In this document: piece by piece, positions 39,283 to 48,214 of the stretch
Position numbering within the stretch: position 1 is the stretch's first letter
Layout of the letters: each line of letters starts with the position of its first letter
NCBI GenBank assembly: GCA_963737905.1
Contig: CAVTUQ010000002.1
Coordinates: 448,001-512,000 of the forward strand
Reading direction: 5' to 3'
Origin: an uncultured delta proteobacterium
GTDB lineage: Bacteria > Desulfobacterota > Binatia > UBA9968
Length of the DNA: 64,000 nucleotides
The notes under the pieces: generated by a model
Told to the model about the DNA's origin: nothing
Databases searched by the model: none
Seen by the model: only the letters and a program-made list of their open reading frames with translations
Program-made: the position numbers and the translations under genes

Positions 39283-40607
39283 CACTACTGTCCCAACGTT
39301 AATTGAACAAAATCAGTTGTTTGCTGTTATCGAGCATTTTTTCCGACTCATCGAACTGCGAAAGTACTTGTATGAGCGGAGTTTTCTCCATGGTTGTCAC
39401 GCTCAGGATCTGTAGAATCGAGTATAAGCTGTGATCGAGATTCAAGCGCTTTTTGATGATCGCCACCAACACGTAGATCGAGATGGCAATCCAGATCTGT
39501 GTCTTCACGGCATTGTCGCTGGTGCCATAGAAGGCTTTGATACGAAGGTGTTGCTTGATCCACTTGAAGAACAATTCCACCTGCCAGCGGCATCGATACA
39601 ATTGGGCGATGATTAAAGCCGGTAAGGTAAAATTGTTGGTCAGAAAAACCAGAGCTTTGTTGGTTTGCTGATCGAAATAACGGATGCGACGCAGCTTTTC
39701 GGGATAATCTTTTTGAGCGTAGAAACCGCAAAGCACCACGGTTTGATCGCAGCGAAGGCCGGTGGCTTTGTTGACTCGGTGAGAGTAAAGGCGTTGGAAG
39801 CGAAAGTTCTTCTTGGCTCTGGTGACAAAGAAGGCCGAATCTTGCTGGATGCGGTAAAGCCGAGCGAAGTCCACGTAGCCCCGGTCCATCACGTAGATCG
39901 ACCCTGGCTCCCAAAAAAGCTCGTCCATGATGTTCACATCGTGGACCGCTCCCGTAGTAACAATCACGGTGGTGGGGATGCTGGCACGTAAATCCAAAAG
40001 GGTATGAAGCTTCACGGCGGCCTTGCGCTTTCGAAACTTCGCCCAAGGGAATAGCGTCAGACACAGATCGACGACGGTCGAATCTAAGGCATAGGCGGTT
40101 TGATCGAGCTGAACTTGGAGAGGATCTCCCACATAAAGTTCTCTGGCGTTTTGAATCAGGGCTTGGGCAAAGTCTTGGTAGATTCTCCAGTCGCGCACCT
40201 CGTTGGCGTGAGCTAGGGTGTTGCGAGAGACCTTGCCGCGAATGCCCATGTGATAAAGCTTTTCGCCCGCAGCTCTCAAACAGGTCTCGATGTCTCTGAG
40301 ACTTTCGCGATAGGTAAGCTGAGCAAAGGCCATCGATAGAAACTGGTCCCAGCATGAAAAGCTTTTCACTTTGTGGTTGCCGTGATAGCGATCCACACAG
40401 AGGCGGAATTCGTATGAGGGCACAAAGTCCATCAGTTGAGAGAACACCGTCTTTCCTGAATTCATTAGCCATCTCCTTGCGCGGGGATACGCAAGTGTGG
40501 CTTTGGAGCGTTTTTGATTTCAAATCGATAAATTGCATTTTCAACAAAAAGTTAAGTCTTTTTAATAGCTTTTACCGGTTCACGATTTCAACGTTGGGAC
40601 AGTAGTG
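39283..40607 (-). mobile_element. IS4-family insertion sequence (1325 bp)
   Basis: Perfect 18-bp IR CACTACTGTCCCAACGTT; 9-bp duplication ATCCCATAT at 39274-39282 and 40608-40616. Confidence 0.97.
39299..40465 (-). CDS. IS4-family transposase (DUF4372 + DDE)
   Basis: ALDST, MDRGY, YRCRWQVELFFKWIKQ (YREK motif). Confidence 0.96.
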   Translation of the reverse strand: MNSGKTVFSQLMDFVPSYEFRLCVDRYHGNHKVKSFSCWDQFLSMAFAQLTYRESLRDIETCLRAAGEKLYHMGIRGKVSRNTLAHANEVRDWRIYQDFAQALIQNARELYVGDPLQVQLDQTAYALDSTVVDLCLTLFPWAKFRKRKAAVKLHTLLDLRASIPTTVIVTTGAVHDVNIMDELFWEPGSIYVMDRGYVDFARLYRIQQDSAFFVTRAKKNFRFQRLYSHRVNKATGLRCDQTVVLCGFYAQKDYPEKLRRIRYFDQQTNKALVFLTNNFTLPALIIAQLYRCRWQVELFFKWIKQHLRIKAFYGTSDNAVKTQIWIAISIYVLVAIIKKRLNLDHSLYSILQILSVTTMEKTPLIQVLSQFDESEKMLDNSKQLILFN

Positions 40608-41031
40608 ATCCCATATCTACTTTGATGCCGTTCTTGGCGCACTCTTCTTCATACATTCTGCGCATCGAGTCATCTTCGTCTTCGAACTCGATCTGCTCGA
40701 TGCCCTTTTCTTCTTTCTGCACCGCGGTATTGGCGTGCAGGGCGACGAATTTACAGGGCTCGTTGCCGGTGTTGTAGTGCTGGTGCCAGGTGCCCGCCGG
40801 CGGCGAGATGCAGGTTCCCTCGTGCCAGTCGTACCGTTCCGGTTTTTCCCCTTCGTTCCACATCAGGGTATAGCCGGTGGAGTCTAGCAGAAAGACATGA
40901 GCGCCGGGACCGTGGCGGTGGGCCTTTTTGTAGCGGCCCACGGGAAACTGCGACACGTGCGCGAGCATGGCGCTGCCGGACATGTGGATATACATGTTGC
41001 GCGTGCCCTTGCCGCGCTTCTCGCGCGGCAC
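40608..41031 (-). pseudogene. 3' half of a cupin gene, diverged paralog of 46172-47227
   Basis: VPREKRGKG...KVDMG near-identical in protein to the full copy; stop codon displaced by IS4. Confidence 0.9.
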
Positions 41032-41059
41032 AATTCAGGAAATGGGGTCAAGTCAGCTT

Positions 41060-41440
41060 TTAGCTCGTAACGCGAATCTTTGCGCGTGCTTTATGTCCTA
41101 CTGTACCGATCACCCATCCGTCCGAAAGTATAAGTTGACTGCCACCGTCCGGTGTGAACGATTGGGCGACGACTCGCGGACCGCGACCTTTCAGAGCATC
41201 GCAGATGCGCGTGTGCAATTCATCGAACCTGATGTCTGCGTATTCCCGACCCGTCAGAACCAGCAACGGATCTTGATATTCCTGTCCTGCGCGACTCGTG
41301 CCTTTCTTAGTTTCCTCGGTCACGAACAGCACAGTGCGCATAAATTCGCTCTGGCCGTCCGCATCAATCGCCACCGGCGGCGATAGAAAATCCGCGTAGG
41401 GGTCGCCGTCCTCGTAACCATCTCGCAGCCACTGGAGAGC
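41060..41440 (-). pseudogene. Hypothetical protein, probably N-terminally truncated
   Basis: Open frame DGYEDGDPYADFLSPPVAIDADG...QEYQDPLLVLTGREY with no convincing start. Confidence 0.45.
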
Positions 41441-41446
41441 GCCTAT

Positions 41447-41668
41447 TCACGCGACATCCTGCATTGGGCGCACCTTCGGCTGCGGTAACGGACGACCTTC
41501 GGATTCGAAGTGCCGTATAACGTCGTCGACGACCTCGCAAAGCTCGGCATACAACTTCAATGGGTCGTCACCGTGAATTCCCGTCATAAGATCTGGGCAT
41601 TTTCCAAGATAGGTATGGTCTTCGTCGCTCCACTCGATCCATTTATGATACTTATCGCTCGTCTTCAT
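41447..41668 (-). CDS. hicB: HicB-family antitoxin
   Basis: IEWSDEDHTYLGKCPDL..GIHGD..GRPLP; overlaps hicA. Confidence 0.82.
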   Translation of the reverse strand: MKTSDKYHKWIEWSDEDHTYLGKCPDLMTGIHGDDPLKLYAELCEVVDDVIRHFESEGRPLPQPKVRPMQDVA

Positions 41669-41868
41669 TTGAGCACCTCTTCGACTGCCCGTTTGACCTG
41701 TCGTTCTTGGTATGGCTTAGCATCTTCACCAGATTGACCGCTGAGGGTTACTGCGCCGCGATATCGCGCGTGTGTAAATTTTCGGTGTGAGCCTTTGCCG
41801 CCGCCTTGTATTTCGTAAAAACCAGCATCCATCAAATCTTTTACAAGCTCTCTGATTTTTCTCGGCAT
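41665..41868 (-). CDS. hicA: HicA-family toxin
   Basis: MPRKIRELVKDL..AGF..GGKGSHRKFTH. Confidence 0.9.
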   Translation of the reverse strand: MPRKIRELVKDLMDAGFYEIQGGGKGSHRKFTHARYRGAVTLSGQSGEDAKPYQERQVKRAVEEVLK

Positions 41869-42097
41869 GGTTGTAGCCTATTACAACCTGACCCGGCGAT
41901 CAGTGCAAGAGTCCGTGGAGTAGCCCGGCAGTGAAGTTCGGTGTCTACCATCCCCCACAGAGACGGACGGTGGGTTTCTCGTCAAGCAGAAAAGCAAATT
42001 GACATCTCTTCCGGTCCTGCGCTATGTCTGCGCTGACTGGCGCGGCCGCTGCCCGATGCAGCGGCGGCGCCCTCTTTTCGCGATGCAAGGAGAATCG

Positions 42098-42610
42098 ATG
42101 GATGCCGAACCCGCACGATTGATCATTGAAGCGCTGAAGGAGGAGAAGATCGACCTCTACGTCACGCTTCCGGAGGAACCCACGGTCTCACTCACGCAAG
42201 CGGTGCAAGCCGATCCCTACTTTCAATGCGTGACGGTCGCCTCCGAGGATGGCGGTGTGGCGCTCACCGCCGGCGCGGCGATCGCGGGGCGTCGCGCGGT
42301 GTTCGTCACCGGCATCGCGGGCTTGTTGAAAGGCGGACTCGCGTTGATGCACATGGGGCCGCAGTACGGTATTCCGGTGTTCATCCTCGCCTCGTACCGC
42401 GGCGACTTCGGCGATCGCTCGGGAATCTCGGGCTCGAAGCTCCAGGTATTCCGCCAAGTGGGCGAGCCCTTCCTACAAGCGTTGCGCATTCCGTATCAGA
42501 TCGTCGGAGAGCGGCGCACGCTCAAACGAACGATACGCGATGCGCACTTCATGTGCCGCACCTCGGACATGCCCGCGGCGCTGCTGCTGACCGGCGAGGT
42601 GCTCTGGTGA
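42098..42610 (+). CDS. TPP decarboxylase alpha subunit (ComD-like)
   Basis: VTLPE, SEDGGVALTAGA, SYRGDFG. Confidence 0.75.
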   Translation: MDAEPARLIIEALKEEKIDLYVTLPEEPTVSLTQAVQADPYFQCVTVASEDGGVALTAGAAIAGRRAVFVTGIAGLLKGGLALMHMGPQYGIPVFILASYRGDFGDRSGISGSKLQVFRQVGEPFLQALRIPYQIVGERRTLKRTIRDAHFMCRTSDMPAALLLTGEVLW

Positions 42611-43194
42611 AACACTCGGCTTGCATGAAATTGCTCGCCGATCTCATCGACGGCGAGACCCTCACGATCACCAATTTGACCACGAACGCGCGCATGTGGT
42701 CGGCATTGCGCGGCGAGCGGCCGAGTTTCTACGGCCTCAACATGGGGCTGTGCCTGCCTTTTGCCGTCGGTGTCGCGCTCGGGTTTCCCAAACGCCGCGT
42801 GGTCGCGATCGACGGCGATGGCAGTCTCATCATAGAGACCAGCAGCCTCATCACCGCAGCCGACGTTCGCCCGGCGAATTTAACCGCCGTGGTGTTTGAC
42901 AACGGCGTCTACGCCGGCATGGGCGAAACGGCAACGGCGCGACGCACGGATCTCGCCAAGATGGCCGAAGGCGCCGGCATCGCGCACACCGCCACGCTGC
43001 GCACCATGGAGGAGTATGAAAAGGCCTTGCGCGCGGCGCTTGCAGCGAAGGAATTTCGCTTCCTCGTCGCCAAGGTTGAGCGCGACGATACCCTGCCCTT
43101 CACCGGCAACTACATCAAGCGTTCCGAGCGCGGAATGAAAGAGTCCTTCGTCGACGCGTTGAAGCGCCTGCCCGACTATCCGGGCGAACGCTAG
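42607..43194 (+). CDS. TPP decarboxylase beta subunit (ComE-like)
   Basis: NMGLCLPFAVG, IDGDGS...FDNGVY TPP motif; GTG overlaps the upstream stop. Confidence 0.8.
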   Translation: MKHSACMKLLADLIDGETLTITNLTTNARMWSALRGERPSFYGLNMGLCLPFAVGVALGFPKRRVVAIDGDGSLIIETSSLITAADVRPANLTAVVFDNGVYAGMGETATARRTDLAKMAEGAGIAHTATLRTMEEYEKALRAALAAKEFRFLVAKVERDDTLPFTGNYIKRSERGMKESFVDALKRLPDYPGER

Positions 43195-43298
43195 GCTCTA
43201 CAACTCAGGAAGGTCACGCATGGAACTGCCGGTCGATCATCTCAACCACGTCATGGCCTTCGTATAGTCGTATAAAGAAATCTTATAGGGAGAAAACA

Positions 43299-43418
43299 AT
43301 GGCGGAAATGGACCTGCCCGACATCGATCTTGAGGGCCGCGTCTTCATCATGACCGGCGCCGACCGCGGCCTTGGTCGCGCAATGAGCCTCGGCCTCGCA
43401 AAAAAGGCGCGCGCCTGG
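43299..43418 (+). pseudogene. 5' fragment of SDR gene, duplicate of 44866 onward
   Basis: MAEMDLPDIDLEGRVFIMTGADRGLGRAMSLGLA plus ~40 bp of shared upstream DNA. Confidence 0.88.
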
Positions 43419-43604
43419 CTGGCCCGCACGGGCAGGTCGGCAGGGAAAGAGGGGACATTTTCTGATCGGGCCTGAGCTCTGCTTTCAATGAGCGTCAAAC
43501 CGTCCGAGGTGCAACACCATCCACCAGCTCGTAAATGGTGTTTTGCACGCAGGCTTCCAGCTCGCTATTGAATTATCAGATCATTCCTAGGACAATACGC
43601 GGTA

Positions 43605-43820
43605 ATGCAGCCGGAGGATCCGAACATTGATTGGACGGGGGTACAATCCGACCGATCCCCGATCGGGCCTTTGGACAGCGATTCGTTTGTTCTCCGTTTG
43701 CGTCTTCTCAGCGAACGCGCTCACAGTTTGACGATCTTGCGCAACGCGTTTGCGCAACAACAGTTTCATGGCGAGCAACTTTCTCGAAGTTCTAAGCCAG
43801 TTTCACGACCGTCACGTTGA
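43605..43820 (+). CDS. Small hypothetical protein overlapping the nucleotidyltransferase
   Basis: 71-aa ORF overlapping the next gene, TA-like arrangement. Confidence 0.5.
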   Translation: MQPEDPNIDWTGVQSDRSPIGPLDSDSFVLRLRLLSERAHSLTILRNAFAQQQFHGEQLSRSSKPVSRPSR

Positions 43821-44262
43821 CTTTGTAATTGTCGGCGGTGTCGCTGCGGCCCTCCACGGGGGCTCACGGGTCACGTTTGACCTCGACGTTGTGCCCAGTC
43901 TGGCGCCGGATTCCTGGATGGCTGCGGTGGATATGTTGTGGGCGCTGGGCGCTCGTCCGCGTATACCCGAATCGCTGGAACGGATCCGCGATGTGGAAAA
44001 CGTCCGACGTTGGCAGCGCGAAAAGGGTATGCTGGCGCTGAACTTTCGTACGCCGGATGGTAGTACCGAAGTGGACTTGTTGGTCAGTGAAAGCCACCAA
44101 TTTGACGGGCTTCGCCGACGCGCCGTCAAGATCACGATAGATCATCGGACGTTTTTTGTCGCCTCTATTGATGACCTAATCGTCATGAAGCAACAGGCCG
44201 GCCGACCGCAGGACCTGTTGGATATAGCTCAGTTGCAAGATATCAAGAGTCGGCTTGGCTAG
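43768..44262 (+). CDS. Nucleotidyltransferase-family protein
   Basis: FVIVGGVAAALHG..RVTFDLD, DLL, DLIVMK..AGRPQDLLD. Confidence 0.85.
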   Translation: MASNFLEVLSQFHDRHVDFVIVGGVAAALHGGSRVTFDLDVVPSLAPDSWMAAVDMLWALGARPRIPESLERIRDVENVRRWQREKGMLALNFRTPDGSTEVDLLVSESHQFDGLRRRAVKITIDHRTFFVASIDDLIVMKQQAGRPQDLLDIAQLQDIKSRLG

Positions 44263-44680
44263 GACCGTGCCTCATCATTATCGACTTTCCAGTAGGACAA
44301 CCTCAAATTCCACCGACGAGCAAACGTGAATTTGTATGCCCTGGCTGCGGAGTGGACTAATCCAGGGCGTCTATTGGGGTCGTCTTTTAAACCCAAATTC
44401 CGCAGTTGGGACCGACAGAAGCGCGAGTCACAATCTTTCCGCAGCGCAGTCGACAGGTTCCTGCTTCTCCGCATTCATCGACGCGCACTACGTTGAGAAA
44501 ATGCTTGAGCTTTGTCGCGACGGCGTGCGGGAGCGCAAAATCATTTTGAAATTCCCCAGTCGGACGCCTTCGCTGCTCCAAGATTGCGCCTCGCTTTCCG
44601 GCGCGTTTGGGTTTAACTGCGGAATCCGGGTTAAATTTTGACTAACTTTGCCGGTTGCCGGGACCCGTCCTGTGGCCACC

Positions 44681-44825
44681 CTACACCTTGGCGAGCAAAC
44701 TGCTGCTGTGGCGATCACCGCGTCGAAGTTGTCGAGCGGCGTGTTCACGTCCATGGCGCACACGCGATAGATGTCGCTGTTCGACGTGGGGAACGGCTCG
44801 ATGCGTTGCTGCACGGGCTGGCGGC
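44681..44825 (-). pseudogene. 3' remnant A of a probable Rieske oxygenase gene
   Basis: QQRIEPFPTSNSDIYRVCAMDVNTPLDNFDAVIA; paralogous to 45866-46032. Confidence 0.45.
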
Positions 44826-44865
44826 TTCGTATAGTCGTATCAAGAAATCTTATAGGGGGATAACA

Positions 44866-45702
44866 ATGGCGGAAATGGACTTGCCCGACATCGATCTTGA
44901 GGGCCGCGTCGTCATCATGACCGGCGCCGACCGCGGCCTTGGCCGCGCAATGAGCCTCGGCCTGGCAGAAAAGGGCGCGCGCCTGGTGCTGGCCTCGCCG
45001 GTCTTGGACGGTCTCAACGCGGTGGCGGAGGAGATCGTCGCCATCGCCGGGCCTGGCCGGGCGCTCGCCGTCGAGACCGATATCACCGATTTGGAATCCT
45101 GCGCAAACTGTCTGAGGGCCGCCGTCGATGCCTTCGGAGTGCTCCATGTGCTGGTCAACAACGCCCGCCGCCTGCGCCGCGACCCCGGTAAGCCGGAGGC
45201 TGCCGGGCATCTCCCCTTTTGGGCCGTCGATCCGGTTCTGTACCGCGAGACGGTGGAGGTCAACGTCGCCGGCACCTTTTTCATGTCGCGCACCGTCACG
45301 CCCTACTTCATCGAGATGGGTTACGGCAAGATCATCAACCTCACCACCTCGCTGCGAAATTTCTACTCGGTGGGCCAGAGCCCCTACGGCGTCACCAAGG
45401 CGGCCATCGATTCGTCCACCTATATTTGGGCGCGCGACCTCGAAGGCAAAGGCGTCACGGTCAATGCGCTGCTGCCCGGCGGCGCCTGCGACAACGGCGA
45501 TGTCAATCGCCCGCCGGAACCCGGGCGCACGCTGCTCCCCGCCGATATCATGAACCCGCTTCTCGTGTGGATGTGCTCGGCCCGCTCGGACGGCGCGACC
45601 GGCACTCGTTTCGCCGGCGCGCTGTGGGACAATTCTCTCGACCCGGACCAAGCCGCCGCCGGCTGCCTGGAGGACGCCTCGATCCGCGGCGCCGGCGCGT
45701 GA
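44866..45702 (+). CDS. SDR family oxidoreductase
   Basis: TGADRGLG, VNNA, YGVTKAA, VNALLPGG. Confidence 0.9.
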   Translation: MAEMDLPDIDLEGRVVIMTGADRGLGRAMSLGLAEKGARLVLASPVLDGLNAVAEEIVAIAGPGRALAVETDITDLESCANCLRAAVDAFGVLHVLVNNARRLRRDPGKPEAAGHLPFWAVDPVLYRETVEVNVAGTFFMSRTVTPYFIEMGYGKIINLTTSLRNFYSVGQSPYGVTKAAIDSSTYIWARDLEGKGVTVNALLPGGACDNGDVNRPPEPGRTLLPADIMNPLLVWMCSARSDGATGTRFAGALWDNSLDPDQAAAGCLEDASIRGAGA

Positions 45703-45865
45703 GCGCCTAGCTGGCGCCGGTCCGCTGGTCAGTGGAAGCTCTGGGGTCAGAGCTGAGTATCGATTTATTTAGTCAACGGGTGCGAGTCTACTGGGGTCGT
45801 TCTTTTAAATCTTGATAACTATCCCGGTTGCCGCGCCCCGACTGGCTGCCCACCCTGCGCTAACC

Positions 45866-46032
45866 CTACACCTTGGCGGGCAAGCTATTCCGTGGCCGGC
45901 GATCACGGCGTCGAAGTTGTCGACCGGCGTGTTCACGTCCATGGTGCGCATGCGATACACGTCACCGTCGGACACGGGGAATGGCTCAATCCTCTACTGG
46001 AGTTCGCGGGCCAGATTCACCAGCCGGCGGCG
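45866..46032 (-). pseudogene. 3' remnant B of a probable Rieske oxygenase gene
   Basis: RRRLVNLARELQ*RIEPFPVSDGDVYRMRTMDVNTPVDNFDAVIA with an internal stop. Confidence 0.45.
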
Positions 46033-46097
46033 AGGCGTTGAGCTACGTGGGCCGACTGAAACGCTCCGAGATGCGCCCGGCCATGGCGCGCTAGCGC

Positions 46098-46165
46098 GGT
46101 TACGGGTTTCGAGCTTCCGATAAGAATTCTCGGGACTAAAACTCCAAACCCGAAACTCGGGACTC
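46098..46165. repeat. Heptamer-periodic hairpin downstream of cupin
   Basis: GTTACGG GTTTCGA GC ... AAACTCC AAACCCG AAACTCG GGACTC. Confidence 0.55.
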
Positions 46166-46171
46166 TTCAGA

Positions 46172-47227
46172 TTAATCCATATCGACCTTCACGCCGTTCT
46201 TGGCGCATTCCTCGGCGTACATCCTCTTCATCGACTCGTCGACCTCCTCGAACTCGATCTGCTCGACGCCCTTCTCTTCTCTTTGCACGGCAGTGTTGGC
46301 GTGCAGCGCAACGAACTTACAAGGCTGATTGCCGGTATTATAGTGTTGATGCCAGGTGTCCGCCGGCGGCGAGATGCAGGTTCCCTCGTGCCAGTCGTAC
46401 CGTTCCGGTTTTTCCCCTTCGTTCCACATCAGGGTATATCCGGTGGAGTCGAGCAGAAAAACATGGGCGCCGGGACCGTGGCGGTGCGCCTTTTTGTAGC
46501 GGCCTACGGGAAATTGTGAGACATGGGCGAGCATGGCGCTGCCGGACATGTGGATATACATGTTGCGGGTTCCCTTGCCCCGCTTCTCCCGCGGCACGAG
46601 GTTGATCTTCCGGATATCAGGGATGAAGTTCGAGTGCAGAATACCGCCGTAATATTCCGTAAAATATTTTCCCTCTTTAGAGAAAAATTCCGTGTCGCCG
46701 GGATCGAAGCGGTCTTTGAACATATAATTCGTGTTGTAAATGAACTCCGGATCGCGGAAAAGCTCAAATGAAACCGGCTGGCTGGTCAGAGCGAAATAGC
46801 GGCAAGGCTCCGTACCGCTGGCGTTGAAGTGCTGGTGCCACGCATTGAGCGGGATCGCAAACGTTGAACCTCTTTCCCATTCAAAGGTCCGCTTCGGCGT
46901 TCCCTCATACCAGATAGTCGTCGCGCCGCGTCCGGCCGCCACGGTGATGATCTCTTCGTACAGCTGGCGTTGCGGCTTAGTGCTCTTGCCCGGATCGATC
47001 TCGGCGATATAAGCGTCAGCCACCATCTGATCGGAAAACGTGCAAATGGCTCCTTTGCATTCCTTGCGCTTCCAATATTCGAGCTTCTCCGTGCGGACAT
47101 CTCGCACGAAAGCGCCGCCGATGACTGGTACGCCTTCGGACTCGATCCATTTCCTGTAAGGACTGTATTTGTCCATCATGAACTGAACGTAGGGATGAAC
47201 CTCAAATTCCTTTACCGGTCCTGCCAT
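46172..47227 (-). CDS. Bicupin protein (gentisate 1,2-dioxygenase-like)
   Basis: IPLNAWHQHFN, KKAHRHGPGAH, WHQHYN cupin motifs. Confidence 0.85.
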   Translation of the reverse strand: MAGPVKEFEVHPYVQFMMDKYSPYRKWIESEGVPVIGGAFVRDVRTEKLEYWKRKECKGAICTFSDQMVADAYIAEIDPGKSTKPQRQLYEEIITVAAGRGATTIWYEGTPKRTFEWERGSTFAIPLNAWHQHFNASGTEPCRYFALTSQPVSFELFRDPEFIYNTNYMFKDRFDPGDTEFFSKEGKYFTEYYGGILHSNFIPDIRKINLVPREKRGKGTRNMYIHMSGSAMLAHVSQFPVGRYKKAHRHGPGAHVFLLDSTGYTLMWNEGEKPERYDWHEGTCISPPADTWHQHYNTGNQPCKFVALHANTAVQREEKGVEQIEFEEVDESMKRMYAEECAKNGVKVDMD

Positions 47228-47282
47228 GTGACCTCCGTTTGCACGTCGATGCTACTGGCAAATTATCGCGGGTGAAAAAACC

Positions 47283-47336
47283 TGTCAACTGTCTTGACAA
47301 GAAAGTTTCCCTGCGATAGGTGAAACAAAAGTTTCA
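47283..47336. promoter_or_regulatory. Divergent promoter region with palindromic operator
   Basis: Back-to-back TGTCAA/TTGACA (47283-47299); perfect TGAAAC-AAAA-GTTTCA (47321-47336) touching the RpiR start. Confidence 0.65.
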
Positions 47337-48178
47337 TGCCCGCCATTCGACAGATTTTGACCAAGGTGAACTCGCTCAACGGAGCGCAAAAGAGGCTTGG
47401 CCACTATCTACAAAACGACAGCTCCGCGCTTCTGCTCTCCAACGTGAGCGACCTCGCCCAAGCCGTAGGAGTCAGTAACGCGACCGTGGTGCGCTTCGCC
47501 AAGAGCTTGGGCTACAAAGGTTTCCCGGAGTTCAGGAGAGAGATTCAGCAGGAGATGCGCCGCAAACTGCGCGCCGCGGACCGAATGGAAGAGACCTTCG
47601 CCGAGCTAGATAACGGCGAAAACATATTCGCCAAGCTGATAAAACGAGACATCCAACTCCTCGAAGAAACGCTCCAAGCGGCTTCGTTTCCGGATTTCCA
47701 GAAGGCCGTGGAAATCATCTGGCGCGCCCGAAAAGTGTTTCTTATAGGTCTCAACGCTTCCATGGCGCTTGCCTATCTTCTCCATTTTCGGCTCGTGCGC
47801 GTCAAAAAGGAAACCCACTGGATCTTTCTCACCGGCGGGACTTCACTCCTGGAGCAGCTCGCCTTTATGGACGGGGCGGACGTGCTGATCGCTATCGACT
47901 TCCTGCAAGTGCCGAGGGAAGTTCAGACTGCGTTGCAACACGCGAAGAAATTGGGCGCGTCGATTTTAGGTATTACGGACTTTCCCACTTCGCCGATCGC
48001 TCGGGCTGCAGACGTTTGCCTCTACGCCAAACGCGGGCTCCATACCACGGTCAATTCGCTGACCCCGGCCTTTTCGCTGGTCAATGCATTGGCGATTGCC
48101 GTCAGTTGGGCGAAGAAGGCCGACTCGATCAAAGCATTAACCGATCTCGACAAACTATTGGAGGGACAGGGGCCATAA
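47336..48178 (+). CDS. MurR/RpiR family regulator (HTH + SIS)
   Basis: LAQAVGVSNATVVRFAKSLGYKGF; SIS motif ITDFPTSPIA. Confidence 0.93.
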   Translation: MPAIRQILTKVNSLNGAQKRLGHYLQNDSSALLLSNVSDLAQAVGVSNATVVRFAKSLGYKGFPEFRREIQQEMRRKLRAADRMEETFAELDNGENIFAKLIKRDIQLLEETLQAASFPDFQKAVEIIWRARKVFLIGLNASMALAYLLHFRLVRVKKETHWIFLTGGTSLLEQLAFMDGADVLIAIDFLQVPREVQTALQHAKKLGASILGITDFPTSPIARAADVCLYAKRGLHTTVNSLTPAFSLVNALAIAVSWAKKADSIKALTDLDKLLEGQGP

Positions 48179-48214
48179 TAATCGTAGGTCATTTCCCCGA
48201 AAGGAGTTTTACCC

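Noticed and set aside
39348-40547. 399-aa alternative-frame ORF over the IS4 transposase
   Set aside because: No recognisable motifs; Ser/Arg/Pro-rich shadow frame
44488-45651. 387-aa antisense ORF over the SDR, and similar long shadow ORFs elsewhere
   Set aside because: Expected in GC-rich coding DNA; no independent motifs
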